Shown in pieces: positions 49,055-64,000 of a stretch of DNA of 64,000 nt (position 1 is its first letter; each line of letters starts with the position of its first letter). The stretch spans positions 95,170,001-95,234,000 of the forward strand of contig NC_083282.1 of NCBI RefSeq assembly GCF_963506605.1, written 5' to 3'. Both the position numbers and the translations under genes were made by a program. Origin of the DNA: Zootoca vivipara (taxonomy: Eukaryota). Below the pieces are notes generated by a model that was not told the DNA's origin, made no database searches, and saw only the letters and a program-made list of their open reading frames with translations.

Positions 49055-52000
49055 ATGGCCTCCCGCATCCTGCACCGCCTGAGGCATGCACTGACCGGAG
49101 AGGGCGAGCGGGACGGGTTAGCCGGCTGCAGCTCGGAAGCGGAAGAGTTCCCAGAAAGCTCCGAGCTGGAGGATGACACTGAGGGCCTCTCCACGCGGCT
49201 CAGCGGGACGCTGAGCTTCACCAGCAACGATGAGGAGGAAGAGGAGGATGAGGACATTGGCGTGGCTGGGCAAGCGCAGCCCCCAGAGCCGGACCTGCTG
49301 GGCGAAGACACGGAGGACGCAGGTAGGGCCCTGGAGCCGGCAGCAGATAGGGTGGTTTGCGGGCACATGGTCAGTGTGCAGGTGGCCCCTGAACAGCATA
49401 GGAGAGTACATTGGGCAGGGGCTTGCGGTTAAGGAACTGCCGGCACCCTCTCCCATTCCTCACAAGTGTGTCGAGTCAGGAGAGAGGAGGGCAAAGGGGG
49501 CAGCGCCTGCCCCGTGGTGCCAGCCACGTCTCAGCACCTTCAGAAGCAATTAGCCCACTTGGCAGGACGATCACTCACAGGCGCAATGCTGCGGAACACT
49601 GGGTCCAGTTCTGGTCGCCTCGCCCCCAAAGGATGCTGTAGAGAAGGGCCGGGCAAGCAAGAGGATCCCGGGGGAAGGGGCTTTTTAGAGAAAAGGCAAG
49701 AGGTCACATGACGGAAGTTTATGGAAATGATGCAGAGCAGGGAAAGTTGATATCATAGAATCATAGAGTTGGAAGAGACCACAAGGGCCATCCAGTCCAA
49801 CCCCCTGCCAAGCAGGAAACACCATCAAAGCATTCTTGACATATGCCTGTCAAGCCTCTGCTTAAAGACCTCCAAAGAAGGAGACTCCACCCACACTCCT
49901 TGGCAGCAAATTCCACTGCCGAACAGCTCTTACTGTCAGGAAGTTCTTCCTAATGTTTAGGTGGAATCTTCTTCCTTGAAGTTTGAATCCATTGCTCCGT
50001 GTCCGCTGGGAAAGATATAGAAGTGTTTGCCTTCCTCTCTCACAACACTAGCACTTGTGTGGCTTTAAAAGTGGATTAGACAAATTCAGGGAGGAGGAGA
50101 GGGCTGGCAACTAGCCACAATAGCTCTGCTCTGCCTCCACGGTCAGAGAAAGAATTGCTTCTGAATCCCAGTTGCTGGAAACCTCAGGTGTGGAGAGTGT
50201 GGCTCTTGTGCTCAGATCCTGCTTGTGGGCTTCCTCTAATGGGCATCTGATTGGCCACTGTAAGAAGGAGATGGCCTGATCCTGCAGGTTCTTTTTCTGT
50301 GTTTGGTCCAAGCTCTTCTCCAAGCCAGAAACAGGACTTTAGCTTGAGCTCCGGCAGACCAGGAAGCAGGGACCCCCCCCCCTCCCAGAGCTTGACATCT
50401 GCTTTCTTCCTTTTCTGCCCCCCCCCCCCCGCTGCAGAGCACAGCCCCCCGACGGAGCGCAGGGGCAGCAACCTGCTCACCCGGCAGCTGCAGGAGCTCT
50501 GGAGGAAATCGCGGGGCAGCTTCGTGCCCCAGCGCCTCCTGTTCGAGGTCACCAGCGCCAACGTGGTCAGCGAGCGGAACTCCAAGTACGTGGTGAGTGA
50601 GATGGGGGGGGGCCCAAGGAAGGAAACCCTCCCCCCAGCCTGGGAAAGAACCTGGGATTGGAGGGGCAGCAAAAACAAGAAGGGAGAAGGGCCCAACATC
50701 TAGCAGGCTGGGGGCGGGGGGGAGATATTTGAGAGAGAGAAGCTGCCTCTCCTGGCCTTAAGACAGCCAAATGCCCATGTACAGGTGTTCTTGGGGTCCC
50801 CCCTGCCCGAGGCAGTTCCAACTCTATAACCAGGAGAAAAAAGGGGGCGGTCAGACTTTGCCTGCCCCACCCTCCTCTGTCTTTTTGGTGGTGGCACCCG
50901 CCCTGTGGAACACTCTCCCATCAGATGTCAGGGAAATAAACAACTATCTGACTTTTAGAAGATATCTGAAGGCAGCCCTGTTTAGGGGAGCTTTTAATGT
51001 GTGACGTTTTATCGTGTTTTTAATATTCTGTTGGGAGCCGCCCAGAGTTACCCAGAGCAGGGTATAAATAAATAAATTGTTGTTGTTGTTATTATTATTC
51101 TAAGGAAGACTGGAGTTGCCTCTTCTTGCACCCACCATGCCTTATTGGGAGGGTGGGGGTGTCTTGTAGGGTGCCTAGCCCTGACTATTTTCTCTTTTTC
51201 CTTGTGCTGCCACGGTTTGGGCAGAAGAGCCTCAGGTAACTTTCCCTGCCTGGATTTCTCACCCCCCCCCCTTGCTGCTTGGGGATCTGTCTGCGGAAGG
51301 GGGGAGGTAGGCTCACGCAGCGGGAAGCCAGGGAGAGGGGCATGCCTCCCTGTTTGTCTTGCTGCGGGGTGGGGAGAGGGTTACGGGATTGTGCCCCTTT
51401 CCGGGCAGCCCCTCACCACTGCCCCTGTCCCGTCCCACAGCTCTACACCGTCTACTTGATCCGCGCGGGGCAGTTCGACAAGGCGCCTGCCTGCATCTCC
51501 CGCCGCTACTCTGACTTCGAGCGGCTGAACCGGCACCTGCGCCGGCACTTCTGCGGCGACATGGCGGGCGTCTCCTTCCCCCGGAAGCGGCTTCGGCGCA
51601 ACTTTGCGGCCGAGACCATCGCCAAGCGCAGCCGCGCCTTCGAGCAGTTCCTGTCCCACCTGCATTCGCTGCCGGAGATCCGACGCTCGGCCGACTACCT
51701 GGAGTTCTTCTTCCTGCGCGACCTGCAGGCGGCGCAGTGCCTGACGTGCTCCGGGAGGTACCCAGAGGCCCTGGCAGCCTGGGCCAACGCCCACCAGCTG
51801 CAGGAGAGGCTGGGCGCCTGCCGCTCGGGCCACTTCCTGCTGACGCTGGCCGGCCTGGCTGTCTGCCACCAGGAGCTTGGCCAGGCCGGGGAGGCGCACG
51901 CTGCCTGCGAACGGGCCCTGTGTCTCCTGGAGGCCCAGGACAGTCACCCTCTGCTGGCCCCCTTCCTGCAGGCCCACATCCGCCTCTCCTGGGTGCTGGG

Positions 52001-52112
52001 CAGGGACAAGCGCCAGGCCGAGGCCCGGCTGCAGCGACTGCAGGAGGCTGGCGGGGCGGAGATGCACCCGCCCACACTGAAGGAACTGCTCATCAAACAG
52101 CCCCTGCCCTGA
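49055..52112 (+). CDS. SNX21: Sorting nexin 21 (PX + PXB domains)
   Basis: Coding exons 49055-49322, 50438-50592, 51441-52112. [67 protein letters not shown] at 52723-52728. Confidence 0.95.
49753..50007 (-). mobile_element. Young CR1 3' end
   Basis: Reverse complement of the CR1 tail. Confidence 0.88.
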
Positions 52113-52852
52113 GGAGGCCAACTGGCTTCACTTTGGATCGTGGGATGGGAAATGGGAGGGGAGCAGCCCAGGCAGAAATCGGACTGTTGTCCCTCCCAAG
52201 GACCACCCTGCCCCTGCGAGGAACAGCTGCTGGGGCTGTTTATTTGGGGCTCCGTAGAGGAATTAGATGCCTCCCTGGCTTCTGAAAGGGACTCCTTTGT
52301 AATACTTGAATGCCTGATGGGAAAAAGGGATAGTAGCATCTACCTGCCATGTTTGTCTGACACTAATAGCTGTTCCGGTAGGCAGAGGGGTACAGCTCCC
52401 GCCCCAAGTGGAAGCCTGGGGGTCTCCAGAGGTGGGTGCTGCTGTTGCTGCTAGTTGGGAGTTCCAGCCTACTGGGGAGAGGGGAGCTGAGGTTCCAGCC
52501 CCGAAGCTGAAAAAGGGAAGCTTTGGGAGCAGTTTCCTGGAAAGAGGGGCTGCCTGCTCCCGCCTCTTGCAATGGGGCAGGGCGTCAAAGGGAAATGGGG
52601 TGGAAACCAGGTCCCTCCCTCCCCTTGCAGCCTCAGGAGACCAGAGCCTTGGAGGGAGGGGCTGCCGCCCCTTTATTAGTGAAAGGGAAAGCCAAGGGCC
52701 AGTCTTGTAACTCCCTTCACCCAATAAAAAGGAGTGCTTCTGTTTGTGGGTCTCTGTGCAAAAGCCGCCCAGACCAGCTGGCTTCCATCTGGCTCAAGAG
52801 CTGCTGCTGTTCCAGGTCCTGCCCAGGTGAACGAGGGCTGCTCTCTTCCTCG

Positions 52853-55800
52853 CTACAGCTTGCTGCTGGAGGGCTGCTCCTTCACGCGGATGACGCCTTC
52901 CTGGGCGCAGCTGGCAGCCAAGACGCCGTCCCTGCGCCACAAGCGCCCGTGCACGAGGGCCCGGGACCCCCCTGCGTGTCAGAGAGAGAAGAGGAGGAGG
53001 GCGGTGGCTGAGGACTGTCTGCTGTGACGCAGAACAGCCCTCAGGTGTCTCTTCTCCCCGCACAGCCCACCCACTCTCCCTACCTGGCACCTACCTGCCC
53101 AGGGGCTCTCGCACTCATAGAGCATCCAGTGGTCGGCCCTGAAGGGGGCGTGGAACCACATGGAGTGGTCCAGGGAGGCCAGGAAGCTGACCCTGTAGTG
53201 CTGGTGGGGGAAGAGGGCCGTCCGCAGGAAAGCGTAATCCGAGATGTAGGCGGCCACACAGCAATGCAGCTTCATGTCACATTCGCCTGGAAAACAGACG
53301 AAACATGCAAGACACGGAGGAGAGAGCAAGGCGCAGGGGGCGGGTAGCAGAGAGCCTGCTGAGGGGCTAAGAGGGGTGCCAGCGGCCCCTGTATGAGCTG
53401 GAGAGGAGGAGGCGCAACTTGAAAGACCCAAACGATCTCCCAAAGCAAGTTCCTCTGTCCAGAGACAAAGCTCTAGAGCTCCAGGGCAGGAGCCTGCTTG
53501 TTCCACACATCCTTCCCCCAAAATGTGTGTTTGTTTTTTTCTTTTTAAGGTTCTGTAAAAGAAATAAATTGAATACTGATTCAAGCGAAAGGATGCAGAT
53601 TCACATTGATACTTGATTTAGAGGACTTTTCTGGGCCTCAGACCAATCCCTGGGATGCTAACCGAGGGAAGGGGGGGGGCAGGCGCCAAAGAGCTTACCT
53701 ATGTGGCCCCTGGCTCTCACCCACAAGAGCTGCTTGGGTTCCTGCGGCCTCCGGTGGAAGAAGTCTGGGGGGTTCACTGGCTTAATCTCAATGGGAACTT
53801 CTTGGGCCAGCATCTTGTTGAGTCCTTGCCTGTACCTGTCCAGAAGATTTGGGTCCCTTTGAAAAAAGAGCAGACACGAGCAGTGAGCAGGCTGGGAGCA
53901 GAAGGGGGCGCCAAAGCAGGCGAACAGGGAGCCTTTGCCCACTGGTCCCAGGCAGCCTGGCCAATGTCCAGGGGTGGACCATCAGGAGGGTATGGAGGAA
54001 AAGGGGGCGGGGAGGGTCTGGCTCCTGGAATGTTGGGCCTCATTCTCACTTGCTCAGCCAGGCATACCAACCAAGCAGGGCTTTTTTCCCCAGCCGGAAC
54101 TCACTAGAACTCCATTCCAGCACCTCTCAAGTGGATGCCATTACAAGAGAACAAGGGAGGCATTTATGGTGAGTTCCGGCACTGGGTAGAAGCTGTCATG
54201 GGCTAGAGGCAGAGCCCTCTCCCCTCCTGCAGTTTCCATCCTGGCTGGTCGCCATCCTCAGCCCTCACTTCCTAATCCTCTTTTAAGACCATCGAAGTTG
54301 GTGGCCACCAGTGCCTCTTGTGGGAGGGAGTTCCATAAACTAGCCTGGTCAACCCAAGTCTGCTGGAGCTGCAGCAGAGCCAGAAGAGAGTTCAAACTGC
54401 AAGCAAACGCAGAGCTAAGCCCATTAGCGCACCTGCCCCAGGTAAACCCATTGCCCTCCTGGAAGACACACTTTCCCCACATCACAGCTGGGTGGGTCAG
54501 TTCCAGCCCCAGAGGCTCCCTGGGCCAGCTGGGGGGCCAAGGGTGAGGAAGGGGACCCCTGGCCACTCACTGCAGGTACTTCTGGATGAGCTCTTCCTGG
54601 GTCAGCAGCTCCTCTGGAAGGGGCACGTCCGGCATGTGGAACTGGTGCTTGACAGGACTGGCCTGGTCCTGCTGGAAGGAGGCCTGGCAAATGAGGATTG
54701 GCTTCCCATGCTGGATGGCCTTGACCGACCGCACCGAGAAGCTCCTCCCTGTGCGAGTGCGCTCCACCTGGTACAGAACCGGCACCGTGGGGTCCCCTGG
54801 AACCAGGAAGAGCCTTCGGTCAGCTCACTTGCCGCCCCAGGAAAGGGAGAGCGAGGGGAGCATCATGGCTGCTATGTGAGCAAGCACACGCTCTCTTGGT
54901 TTCTTCTCTATCTCCCCCCCCCCTCCCAGAGATCAAGAGTTCTCAGGTAGCTTCTGGGCTGTGGCCCGGAATAACAGTAGGAGCATGACAGTGAATTGGG
55001 GGTGGGCAATGCTGAGCTGGTGGGAGCAGCAGCAGCTTCTGAAGTGGAAGGGGACAAGGCGCAGGATTTCCTCCCTCTGTTGTTTTCAGTCCCCGTCAGG
55101 CCAAAAGTGGTGATGAACTGGGTCTGATGCCACCACCCTTACAGCTGCTGTTGCAGCTTCCTGGGACACTCTGCCTGCTAAGATGTGGCCTGTATGGACC
55201 TGGAGGAGAAGCAGGAGCATCCCCCAGTGGCCAACAACACACAAGCCATCATCCACTAAAAGCAGCAGGCTTAAGGCAAAAAAAAAAAAGTAGGTACGGT
55301 AGTACTTAGATGCTGCACTGAGGAATCACAGCTACATTGAGTAACTGTATTTACTGGTTTTTGGGGGGATGCTGAAAGGAGAGAGAATAGAGCTAAGAAT
55401 GTAAGAAGAGTCTGCTGGATCAGGCCATTGGCCCATCTACTCCAGCAGTGGAATCTGTGTGACCAGAAACAGCCTCCCTTGGGTGATTAGATGTGGAGGC
55501 CCAGTAGCCACAAAAGGCCATCTCCGTCCATCAAACCTTGCCTGTGAACTTCCTTTGGATCTTTACCTGGCCACTGGCAACACTTTGGGTGTGGTTGTGT
55601 GAGTCATCACCTCTTGACAGTTCTGCAGCTTACCAGGGTCTGCTTATAAAGTGCTGTTCAAGAACTCCACCCTTTCCACCCCCTCCTTTCCCAGAACCTG
55701 TCGTTACCTGCTCTTACGAAGTAGCAATGCAACGAATGGACTTGTACATCCTCACTCACAGCCTTTGCAGCTGCCACCAAGGCCTGGCCCACTATCTGCC

Positions 55801-57014
55801 CACCGAAGAGTCTCTGTGTGACTGGCACCCAGTAGTGCCTCCCACTAGGAGAAAGACAACAAAGTGAGGTTATTCCCCCCAAAAATGGCACCATTCTGTC
55901 TGCCCTGATTCCTGTTTTTTCTTTATTTATTTCTTTGTTTTTAGCATTCTATGGGGTGGCCTGTGGGGACAAGGTGGATAGCATGAAGTCATGTCAGGCC
56001 CACATAGTTCTTGTTCTCTGCACTGCAAATCAGAACCTTGTAGCCCACTCTCACAGCTATCTGGGGTCAGGGCCCAGGACATTTGAATTTCTCCCAAAAG
56101 CAATTCCCAGTATGAAGCTTGGCTTGTTTTCAGAAAAGATGGTGAAGCAAAAGAGCCCATTTTGTTTCTTGTGTTATTCCAAACCCAAGGGCCTGTCTTT
56201 CAAAGGGTAAAGCCACCCACTCAAGTTGTCACCCATCAGAGACATACTTGGGCTCTGCCACTTTGTGTGAGGTGACCATTGTTGTTTCATTTGTTTGCAA
56301 GACAGATATGAATCCATCAGCGAGACTTTTATTACATTGTTGCCTTTGTTTTTTTCTTAATGCTGTGGGATAATGCTGTACAGCCTGGCTGCTGGATCAG
56401 GCAGAAGCACCAATAAGCAGCTGTCTTATGATCCTAATTGCAGATAAAAATTTAAAGGGAGGCTTTTTTTAAACCAAACAACCAAAAACATAACAGCTTC
56501 AGTGCCATTTGGTGCTGAAAGACGGGAAGAAACCTTCCAGAAACCTGGAGAAGAGAAGATTGAGATCTCAATACAATAGCTCAGCCTGATGGGCGGGGTA
56601 AAAATAAATTATTATTATTATTATTATTATTATTATTGGTTTTGAAACAGAGGTTGGATGGCCCCCTGCCAGGGATGCTTCAGCTGAGATTCCTGCATCG
56701 CAGGGGGTTGCGCTAGATGACCCTGGGGGGGTCCCTTCCACCCCTACAATTCCGAGATTCTAGGTCCACATCCCCCAACACGAACAGAGGGCAGTTTCTC
56801 GGAAAGGCCCGGCCTGTGTCGCTCCCCCCCCCAGGCCGCCCTCCTTCGCCCCCACTGACCGAAAGAGGTCCAGGTCCAGCGGCTCCAGGTTGAGGAGGCT
56901 CGTGACCAAGACGCTGCGCAGGTCGCCCTCCTGCGAGGCCTCCTCCCCGCCTCCCTCGCCCTTCGCCTTCCGCTCGGGAGCCCCGGGCCGGCCGGTGTCT
57001 GCAGGCGACGCCAT
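52853..57014 (-). CDS. ACOT8: Peroxisomal acyl-CoA thioesterase 8, 6 exons
   Basis: Exons 56860-57014, 55708-55844, 54571-54796, 53699-53856, 53095-53286, 52853-52971. RLFGGQIVGQAL, HSLHCYF, AAYISDYAFL, SLDHSMWFH, AQEGVIR, C-terminal SKL (PTS1). Confidence 0.97.
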
Positions 57015-57520
57015 GTTGAACCGTCACGTGACAGGAGACAGCCGGAAGTCCGCGCGGCCGAGGCCGGAAGCGCTCTCTCCCTCGCTCTCTCCCATTGGCT
57101 GCGGGGGCAAGGCGGTCGCCCTGCTCACTCGCTTCCTGACGCGGCTTCCAGAAACCGGAAGCTTCCTCTCCGGAGGCGGAGGCGGGGCCTGCCTCGCCAC
57201 TGGCCAATCCGCTCGCCGGTCCCTGGTATCGTGGAAGGAAGCCCCGCCTCCCCGTTGGCCGAGCGGCTGCCCATCCGGCGGCGCGGCCCCTGATTGGTGG
57301 ATCTCCCCTGTGGGATGCCGCCGGGCGAAGTGGGTCTCCTTCTGCAGGGCGGCCGTGGAAGGAAGGAGCCGTGGGGAGAGAGAGCGGGGCGGAGCGGGGG
57401 GGTGGCTCGGCCGGGAGAGCGGAGAAGGGAAAAGCAGAGGGAGAGGGGCTCTGGCGCGGGAAGGGTTAATGCGCCACACGCTCACGGTAGAGGGAGGCCA
57501 GGCAGGAAGGGGTTAAGCCC
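57015..57520. promoter_or_regulatory. Bidirectional CpG-island promoter ACOT8/ZSWIM3
   Basis: Head-to-head ATGs at 57014 and 57836; GTCACGTGAC at 57023-57032; several CCGGAAG, CCAAT/ATTGG and GC boxes. Confidence 0.8.
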
Positions 57521-57802
57521 CCCTCCCCCCAAAACATTCTTTCACCTCTCCCCACACGAAAAAAAGAAATCATTATCCCTTTTGGGTGAGACTGGGTGGA
57601 TTTCGGAGTTTCCAGGCAGAAAGGGGTTAAGCCCACCCACCCACCCCATTCGAAACCATTACGGTCTTCCCTTTGGGGGGGGTTGGGAAAGGGGCCTCAG
57701 GAGGGGGCTCCCTTCTCCCCAACCCTACACCCCCCAGTTATCCTGAAGGGCAGCTACGGGAGATGCTCCAGTGCAGGGATGCTCCTCCAGGCCTCTGGGT
57801 AG

Positions 57803-60409
<2,607 letters not shown>

Positions 60410-61294
60410 AATCCACGCCAGCGTGGTGTCGTGAGCAGCTGGAGGCAACCTTGACTGTGCTCCAAGCCCACCGTGGTTTTTTCCAGCTAAAGAAACTCAG
60501 GGTTGCTATTCAGCTTTGCAGCAATAAAGCAGACTCTCTTCTGGTCCTCCCTTGGTGGCTGCTCCTTATAAGGACTTGGCATGCAGGTGGCGGGCACAAC
60601 CGTTCCTCCTGACCTGTATGTAAGAAAGGTCCCTGTTGACTGACTCTGACGCACACACACATTCTCCAGGTTCTGCAGCGCACGGCTGCAGGCTTGACAA
60701 TCAGGGAAGGTCTCCTTCACACGGGGGGCCTTCTCCAGGGCATCTTTCTTGCCAAACCTTCGTCCGTCGCTCTTGACTCACATGTCTCTTTCCTTTTTGC
60801 CATCTCCCTTCTTTTTCCTTCTTTAACGCAGGTCATTTCATAGGATTGCAGAGTTGGAAGGATTCCTGAGGGTCATCACCTCCTACCTCCTGCTATTCAG
60901 GAATCTCTACTCCAGGGCAGATGGCCACCCAACCCCTGCAGAAAGACCTCTGAGGAAGGAGAGCCCGCCTTCCAGGGGTGTTTGTGTTTGGCTGCTTCAA
61001 CGTGACAAGACTCTCTGGACCTGATGCATGCAAAGAATTGCTGTCTTGGTTCTACCTGTATTTTTACTGTAATGCTCCTGGGGTGGAGGCTGGCCCCCCC
61101 CCCCGCCTGGCTTCAGCGGCAGGGAAAGGCGATGCTGAGTTGTTGCATTCTTTGTTTCTCCTGAAGCCTCTCCCAGCAGGGACTAGTTTTGCTGCTATGT
61201 ACTTAGACCAAATTTATTGTTGGAAATAAAAGTCTGACCGTCCTCCTTTGGTACCTGAATGTACTTTTCAGTTTGCCTTGTGTTTCAATTCTCT

Positions 61295-62578
61295 TTTTTA
61301 AAAAAAAACAATTTATTAGGTTTTCCAATTAACACACATTTATAAACATCCAACCAAAACATACAAGCATTCAAAACTTCACAATAACATACATTACTCT
61401 TTTGACCTTTCTCACTATCCTCTGTTTACCAAGCTCCGCCGAGCTTGACTTCCCTCCCTCCCCTCAATAGGTTTTCTAATCCGAGCTTATCCCGCAGTTC
61501 CTTTATGTCTTCCCTTTAAAGTCAATTCGCAGGATTTATTTCAACCCTGCAAGAGTTTTTAAACTTCTACAGTTCTTTTCCATATAGTCCACATATTTAC
61601 TCCAATCTTTTAGGAACCTTGCTTCCCCCTGGTTCCGAATCCCGCTAGTCAGTCTCGCTAATTCTGCATAATCCGTCATCTTTGTCTGCCACTCTCCAAT
61701 CGTCGGTAAGTCCTGCGTCTTCCATTTTTGGGCTAATAATGTTCTTGCCGCGGTTGTTGCATACAGAAATAATACATTGTCCTCTTTATTAATTTCTTGA
61801 CCTATCATTCCTAGCAAGAATGATTCAGGTTTTTTAGGGAAAGTATATTTAAAAATCTTCAATTCATTATATATCATTTCCCAAAATTCTTTCACTTTAT
61901 CGCATTTCCACCACATATGATAAAAATCTCCTTCCTTCTCCTTACATTTCCAGCACATTCTATTACCCATCCTATACATTTTAGATAGTTTTACTGGAGT
62001 TAAATACCATCTATATATCATCTTCCAGATATTCTCTTTCAAGGCGGTACATGCGGTAAATTTTAATATTTGATTCCATAGTTTCAACCACATATCATAT
62101 TCAATATTATGCCCAAAATCTTTTGCCCATTTAATCATCACCTCTTTTGTCAATTCATCTTTTGTATACCATTCTAACAACAGATCATACATTTTGGACA
62201 ATAATTTTGTTTTGCCTTCTAACAGCTCTATATGGAATTTGGACCTTTTATCCTCAAAACCTATCTTTTTATCTTTTGAGAATATATCATTTATTTGATA
62301 GTATTGCAACCAACTAGTCAGAGAGTCTTTGATTTCTTCATACGTTTTCAATTTCCATCCTTGTTCTGATTTACTTAAGATTTTTTCATATGTTGGTCTC
62401 TCCCCTTCCATATTGACCTTTTTTACTGTAAATACCTCCACTGGTGAAATCTACCATGGGGTCTTAGTCTCTAACAGCAATTTATTTATTTCCCATACTT
62501 CAAACAGCGATCTTCTTATCACATGGTTCGTAAATCCTTTATGTGTTTTTTTCTTATCGTACCATAAATATGCATATT
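61295..62578 (-). mobile_element. 5'-truncated young L1-clade LINE
   Basis: Open 301-aa ORF2 C-terminus (61536-62441); 17-bp TSD TTGTGTTTCAATTCTCT (61278-61294, 62579-62595). Confidence 0.93.
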
Positions 62579-63485
62579 TTGTGTTTCAATTCTCTCCTCT
62601 CTGTTGGCCGTTAAAAAGCGATACAAAAGACCAGGTGGCCAGGATATCCTTGAAGCCAAAACTCCGAGCAGAACTCCAAAAGTGAGTTTGTGAAGTGCAC
62701 TTTTTCTCTGTGTGCCTTTTGGGAAGGTAGTTAGTTCAGAAAGCTGGTGCAACAGAGCAAAGGCTTTTTGTTTAAGTCTCACAGTCCAGTTAAAGGCCTA
62801 AATTAGTGCGTGCAAACCCGGCGGCGTTTGATTTGCCAGAAGGATGGAAAAGGTTTGGGGAGAGGGTGATGAGAATGTGTTTTGGTACACAATACTTCTC
62901 TGCTCTGAATTGCACCTTTAGAAGCTGTATTTCTCCCACCCACCTTGGGTTTCCACTTGTGTTTGCTAGGGGGAGATGGGTGGGGCACCCAATGTAGAGC
63001 AGAGGTGTGGGGAAATACAGGAGCCCCCTCTTTCATGAAGGAACGCCTGAAGAGAATAGGCAAGTGAAAAGAGGAGACTGTCCTCACACCTTGTGCCGAG
63101 AGCCTTCCTCTCTGCTCAGCAGCAGTTAAGCCCTTCTTGGGACTTCAGTTCTGGACATCTCACTTGCTAATTTCTAGCCTCCTGGACTTTTAGAGGTTGC
63201 CCCTTATACCAATCGATCGTGCCCCCTCTTCCATGTGACAGCCCTCAAGGCCTTTGAAAGTGGCTACCACATCTCCCCTCAGTCATCTCTTCTCTAGCCT
63301 AAGCCCATCCAACTGCCTCGACGGTTCCTCATCAGGCGTGGTTTCCAGACCCTGGATCACCTTGGTCGCCCTCCTCTGCACACATTCCAGAACATTTCCG
63401 CCTTACTGGCGAAGGGCTATGGATGGTTGGCAGAGCACAGGCTTTTCACGCAGAGGGTGCCTGGTTCAGTGTTATTTGTCTAATG

Positions 63486-63859
63486 CAGGGCCCCCAAACT
63501 ACGGCCCCCGGGCCGGATGCGGCCCAATTGGCCTCCCAATCCGGCCCGCGACGACCCCCGCCGCCCGCTGCCGCCGCCCGCTCTTACGGCGCACGGCGAT
63601 CTTCAAAATCGGCAAAAAATCGCCGAAAATCCTTTGTGCGCATGCGTATGGGCCTCTCCCGACCCAGAAGAGGTCATTTCCGATGCACTTCCGGGTCGGG
63701 GGAGGCCCATACACATGCGCACAAGCGATTTTCGGCGATTTTCTGCCGACCGTGAACGTGTGCGCATGCGCACGGGCGCGCACTCCCCTACCCTCCGGCC
63801 CGCCGCGCAGCCGGCGCGGCGGGCACCGGCCCGAAGCCCGGTAAGTCTGGGGACCTCTG
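63486..63859. mobile_element. CpG-rich hAT MITE with internal long hairpin
   Basis: CAGGG...CTCTG termini, GGCCC subterminal repeats, 8-bp TSD GTCTAATG (63478-63485, 63860-63867). Confidence 0.88.
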
Positions 63860-64000
63860 GTCTAATGTATTCCCCTCCCAAAGGAACCCACAGCATCTGG
63901 ACATAGGGCTGGGAGACAAACACGCCCCCCTCCAACCCATCTGAAATCCTGGACAGCCACATGCCAGAGGTGCCTGAATTGTGCTCCGCAAATCGCAGCT

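Noticed and set aside
51313-52285. Antisense and alternative-frame ORFs over SNX21 exon 4
   Set aside because: Shadow ORFs caused by GC-rich codon usage.

Overview
Vertebrate nuclear DNA, most likely a squamate (lacertid-like lizard, judging by its Sauria SINE, tRNA-derived SINEs, CR1, BovB, L1 and Penelope-like repeats). The window holds the gene block syntenic with human 20q13.12: DNTTIP1(+), UBE2C(+), TNNC2(-), SNX21(+), ACOT8(-), ZSWIM3(+). All six can be reconstructed with GT-AG exons in consistent phase. The first ~11 kb is a nest of retroelements: a decayed Neptune-type Penelope-like element (RT + GIY-YIG), a CR1, and a 2.16-kb TSD-flanked L1-like element with no ORF2. The most notable non-gene signal is a minimal type I hammerhead ribozyme in the Penelope 3' UTR (4479-4516). 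Three short dispersed copies of the same ribozyme-bearing tail also occur. Two of them break and invert at the palindromic stem II and sit at the same position of the same host SINE family. Other points: hAT MITEs carrying ZNF143/THAP11 or NRF1 motifs, tandem splice donors at the TNNC2 start codon, inverted CR1 copies around SNX21 exon 2, and overlapping SNX21/ACOT8 3' ends. Family names come from motif recognition only; no database search was run.
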